This document shows, piece by piece, positions 60,232 through 64,000 of a stretch of DNA of 64,000 nucleotides. The translations under genes were made by a program, and so were the position numbers. The stretch's first letter is position 1. Every line of letters starts with the position of its first letter. A model generated the notes under the pieces. The model saw only the letters and a list, made by a program, of their open reading frames with translations, was not told where the DNA came from and ran no database searches. This DNA comes from a virus (taxonomy: Duplodnaviria; Heunggongvirae; Uroviricota; Caudoviricetes): the IMG/VR virus record IMGVR_UViG_3300044929_000080. One strand, given 5' to 3'.

Positions 60232-62070
60232 TCACTCAGATCGAGGTGCCGAACACGCACCCGTCACAATCTCGGCGACCTCAATACCATCAAGGGTCTT
60301 TTTTTCCAAGAGGGCCTGTACCAGACGATCAAGACCGTCACGATTGGTTTCAAGAAGCAATTTGGCACGCCCATAAGCGTCATCAATCAACCTTCTTATT
60401 TCAGGCTCCGCAGCAGCTGTAGGCTTGCCATTATTATCGACTGCGCGAACCATGCCGATAACATCACTCATGCCCCATTCAGTGACCATTTTCTTGGCAA
60501 GGCTCGTGGCTTGCTCAATATCACCTGATGCACCTGTCGTGACATTTTCCTTACCAAGAACGATCTCTTCAGCAGCTCGACCTGCCATAGCGACATCCAG
60601 ATCAGCGTAGAGCTTACTGAGCGGCACAGAAAAACGATCCCGTTCGGGCAAACGCATGACAAGTCCTAGTGCTGCACCTCTTGGAATAATTGTTGCCTGA
60701 TGGACAGGGTCTGATGCCTTTGTAAGTGTGGCGACAACCGCATGTCCCGCCTCATGAACTGCGATAAGGTTCACATCCTGATCATCCAGAACAAGCGACT
60801 TGCGTTGCAACCCCATCAACACCTTGTCACGTGCTTCTTCAAAGTGCGACGCATTAATGGTCTTCATCTTGGCACGAGCAGCCAAGATTGCTGCTTCATT
60901 AACAAGATTTTCAAGATCGGCACCTGAGAACCCAGGTGTGCCTCGTGCAACGACTTGGAGGTCAACATCAGCATCGATTGGCTTGTTCTTCACATGAACT
61001 TCCAGAATTGCCTTGCGTCCATCCATATCGGAATGATTTACGAAGATATGTCGATCAAAACGCCCAGGACGTGTCAATGCAGAATCAAGAACATCAATTC
61101 GGTTCGTAGCTCCAATGACAACAATACCATCGCGAGGATTAAAACCATTCATCTCAGTGAGAAGTTGGTTCAGCGTCGTATCCTGCTCACGCCCAACATC
61201 ACTTGAACCGCCACCACGTTTACGAGCAACGCTATCGATTTCGTCAATAAAGATGATACATGGCGCATGTTTGCGAGCCTCTTTGAAAAGTTTCACAACA
61301 CGATTGCGACCAACGCCAACAAACATTGCCGAAAAATCAGAGCCTGTGATGGCAAAGAAATTCACGCCTGCCTCATTTGCCAATGCCTTTGCAAGCATCG
61401 TCTTGCCAGTTCCGGGAGGTCCGACCATGAGAACGCCGCGTGGCGGCTTAGCGCCAGTCACTTCATAAGCTTCCGGATTGGAAAGGAAATCCTTGACTTC
61501 CTCAAGTTCAAACTTGGTTTCGTCTTGTCCAGCGATATCAGAAAAACGTATTGTATTTTCCTTTGCAAGCTCTGGCCAACTGGACATTCCTCCTGTCGCG
61601 TTACGCAAGAATACAAAGCCTACCAAACCCAAAAGAGCCAAGAACGTAATCTGGAAGATGATACCAACAATATAACTTACAATTTCACCAATCGACTTAT
61701 CTTCCGGCCCTGGGAACGTGACATCAACTCCGGCATCCGCCAGATCTTTTGGGAATGTCGTAGAAACCAACCAACGGTCATGATTTAAAGTGTATTTCTG
61801 CCCATCTTCGCCAATGGCTTCAACTTTGCTCGATTGAATTTTCGCCGAGTTGATTTTGTGATCCTTGACCAGCGTTAGAAACTCACTGTAACCAACTTCT
61901 TTCGCTTTTTCCTTGGAAATATCCGTGGTTACAGCCGTATTAGCTCCGAAATACATGTTGACGAGCGAACCACCCGAAATGCTGATTATACCGGAAAGGG
62001 CAAAAGCAATCATGATGTTTCGAAATCCAATATCTCGAATAGTTTGAATTATTTTTTTAATTTTATCCAA
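60232..62070 (-). CDS. ftsH: ATP-dependent zinc metalloprotease FtsH
   Basis: Two TM segments, 'GPPGTGKT', 'IFIDEID', 'RPGRFDR', 'HEAGH'; TTG start with RBS aggag. Confidence 0.95.
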   Translation of the reverse strand: MDKIKKIIQTIRDIGFRNIMIAFALSGIISISGGSLVNMYFGANTAVTTDISKEKAKEVGYSEFLTLVKDHKINSAKIQSSKVEAIGEDGQKYTLNHDRWLVSTTFPKDLADAGVDVTFPGPEDKSIGEIVSYIVGIIFQITFLALLGLVGFVFLRNATGGMSSWPELAKENTIRFSDIAGQDETKFELEEVKDFLSNPEAYEVTGAKPPRGVLMVGPPGTGKTMLAKALANEAGVNFFAITGSDFSAMFVGVGRNRVVKLFKEARKHAPCIIFIDEIDSVARKRGGGSSDVGREQDTTLNQLLTEMNGFNPRDGIVVIGATNRIDVLDSALTRPGRFDRHIFVNHSDMDGRKAILEVHVKNKPIDADVDLQVVARGTPGFSGADLENLVNEAAILAARAKMKTINASHFEEARDKVLMGLQRKSLVLDDQDVNLIAVHEAGHAVVATLTKASDPVHQATIIPRGAALGLVMRLPERDRFSVPLSKLYADLDVAMAGRAAEEIVLGKENVTTGASGDIEQATSLAKKMVTEWGMSDVIGMVRAVDNNGKPTAAAEPEIRRLIDDAYGRAKLLLETNRDGLDRLVQALLEKKTLDGIEVAEIVTGACSAPRSE

Positions 62071-62277
62071 AATTATCTCCTAAATCACGTCAGATATTTT
62101 CTACCATAATATGGACGCGTCAACCAATTATGCGCAGTTGATAACATAAATATTAATTATTAAAGTGCGCCATTTCAACAATTGGCGACGTAAATATCTT
62201 CTAAATTTAGCGTGTTTACACACTATGACTCTAAAATAAAAAGAGCGAGGGCGACCATTCAGCCGCCCTTTTAAAAA

Positions 62278-64000
62278 TTAGATTTTCATCGAAGCAATTT
62301 CTTGAACAAGTTCTTCAATAATGCCAGATTCGGCGTCATCTTCAGATTTAGCACCATGTTCCATTAATACAGCGACACGGCGTTCAACTTCACTTTTAGC
62401 AGAACCGCTTTTGAAGCGAATTGACAAGCGGCGGCGCGCTTCAACTGCTCCCAGCAAATCATATAACCGATTGCGCAATGCCACATCTTCAGCCGTTGTT
62501 GAGAACGCCCATATTTCTGTCGGTCCAAGCGTATTAATAAGCATATGTTCGTGATGTCCTTCCTTAAGCTTTAAAACAACAAGGAATGGCGCACCATCTT
62601 CGCGCGGACCATTGAGCCGTGTGCGAACAATTGACGTACTCGTTTCATTAAGACCAAACTGCCGCTGTGTTTCCTGAACAGCCCGTTCTGTACCGACACC
62701 AAGTATCCAATGTCCTGTCGCCATATCGATCATGTTCTTATCGAAATCCTCAAGCATCTGTGATGCAAGACAGATGTGGACACCGAACTTTCGACCTTCG
62801 CGCATATCGATCATGACCTGAGCGCGGACAGCTTCCGAATTCGATGTACGATGAAATTCATCATATACGATGCGCTTAGGCGTTTCTTTAATACGGCGAA
62901 TACGTGGAATATGATAAGAGCGATAATCCTCAGGAATATCGGCAATAATATCAGGATTCAAATAATAATCCCGAGCGAGAACAAAGCGTGCAAGCATATA
63001 CATCAAAGCTGTCTGCTTGTCGGCCGGACCACCGCCCTTTGGTGCTACTTCATCAAGATCAAGAGCAACAACACGTGCTTCACCAATATCAAAATTGGTT
63101 GGACGTTGTAGGATCGGATATTCGCGAAGCGCGCTGTTAATAACGCGAGCAGCGACTTCAACGACCTTTTCACCTGTCATGGTTTTTGCTGAACCATGAA
63201 TGTCTGTGACCTGTTCATCAAAAAGGATTGCCTGGAAGTCTTCCATACGCGGAACAGCATGGCGCTGCGCAAGCATTGCAGTGTGAGTATCACCACGCTT
63301 GAAAAGCTCGTCGACGATTTCCCACCAGCTTGTGACGCCTGGCTGATATGCGATGCCATAATTATTGATCGCACGATCAACTGCGCGCGAGACCTTAACG
63401 TTATAGCGCTTTGGCGAACCTTTCCGGCTTCTGTCACTGTTTTTCTCGTAAACAGCGTCAATTGCCACGCTGAGAATACCAGCAAGACCTTCTGGTGCTC
63501 GTTCCGCACCAGGTTCTGTGCCAAGGGTAGTCAAAAAGTTAAGAAGGAACGACTTTTCCAGTGGAAGAAGCTTACGACAGCCTAACTGCGTGTCGCATGG
63601 ATTGATGGAATGCTCATGATCCATACGCAGGCGCTTATAAGCCACCTCATGCTTTCGACTTGGAGGAAGAGCCTCTTGCAGAACCGAAATCAAACCATGA
63701 GACGAAGGACCGATATCGATAATGGCGATACGCGGCAACTGAGCACCACCCGTACCCGTTGTTGACGAAGGTGAGAGGCAAAGAGCCAAATTAATCGTAT
63801 TCATCAAGACTGACTTGCCTTTACCGGGAGGGGCAAAGATCAAATCAATGAAGGTGTCCTGGAGAGAAGAACCAGGATGATACGGCCACGGCCTTCCGTC
63901 AGGCGTTCTGAATAGAACAGAGCCGTGTCTCCAAGGAGAAGCATCACGGTTCCATGGTAACATAGCAATCACATCTGGCAAAGGAACAGCACCAGCAGGC
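62278..64000 (-). CDS. icmB: IcmB/DotO (TraU-like) type IVB secretion/conjugation ATPase, 5' end outside window
   Basis: 'FAPPGKGKS', 'IIDIGPSS', 'YDEFHRT', 'REGRKFGVHICLASQ', 'WAFSTTAED'; frame stays open to the window edge. Confidence 0.88.
   Translation of the reverse strand, partial: PAGAVPLPDVIAMLPWNRDASPWRHGSVLFRTPDGRPWPYHPGSSLQDTFIDLIFAPPGKGKSVLMNTINLALCLSPSSTTGTGGAQLPRIAIIDIGPSSHGLISVLQEALPPSRKHEVAYKRLRMDHEHSINPCDTQLGCRKLLPLEKSFLLNFLTTLGTEPGAERAPEGLAGILSVAIDAVYEKNSDRSRKGSPKRYNVKVSRAVDRAINNYGIAYQPGVTSWWEIVDELFKRGDTHTAMLAQRHAVPRMEDFQAILFDEQVTDIHGSAKTMTGEKVVEVAARVINSALREYPILQRPTNFDIGEARVVALDLDEVAPKGGGPADKQTALMYMLARFVLARDYYLNPDIIADIPEDYRSYHIPRIRRIKETPKRIVYDEFHRTSNSEAVRAQVMIDMREGRKFGVHICLASQMLEDFDKNMIDMATGHWILGVGTERAVQETQRQFGLNETSTSIVRTRLNGPREDGAPFLVVLKLKEGHHEHMLINTLGPTEIWAFSTTAEDVALRNRLYDLLGAVEARRRLSIRFKSGSAKSEVERRVAVLMEHGAKSEDDAESGIIEELVQEIASMKI

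Noticed and set aside
62248-62272. Weak GC stem after icmB
   Set aside because: Only about 6 bp with a large loop, and its T-run is on the non-coding strand; not convincing as a terminator.

Overview
The window is best read as 64 kb of a large conjugative alphaproteobacterial (rhizobia-like) megaplasmid or integrated element. It ends inside an IcmB/DotO-type (type IVB/MPF-I) conjugation ATPase and also carries an LPD5/LPD1 polyvalent protein, ssb and a Ros/MucR regulator. I saw no rRNA, tRNA, CRISPR array, transposase, integrase or phage structural gene. Contents: (i) extra copies of housekeeping genes (tdk, tyrS, argS, pyrG, ligA, galE, ftsH, rlpA, ssb, an RND pump pair); (ii) conflict-type enzymes (R-S-E ADP-ribosyltransferase, T7 gp0.7-like kinase, CX5R phosphatase, RlaP-like nucleotidyltransferase, cyclic-phosphate receiver domain, PD-(D/E)xK nuclease, RNase H-HTH fusion); (iii) a Wadjet jetABC operon with no adjacent jetD; (iv) an NrtR-flanked operon of J-domain pseudokinase, two vWA paralogues and a PurA-like ligase with a remodelled substrate loop. 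The strongest unexpected signal lies below the ORF-track cutoff: both aminoacyl-tRNA synthetase genes are preceded by tiny leader ORFs with runs of their own amino acid. MCKIVNHFSVYYYGPLT* precedes tyrS with a full mutually exclusive attenuator structure, and MCNILYINGLKRRRR* precedes argS. Family assignments come from motif recognition by eye, not database searches; start codons were adjusted where a better RBS was visible.
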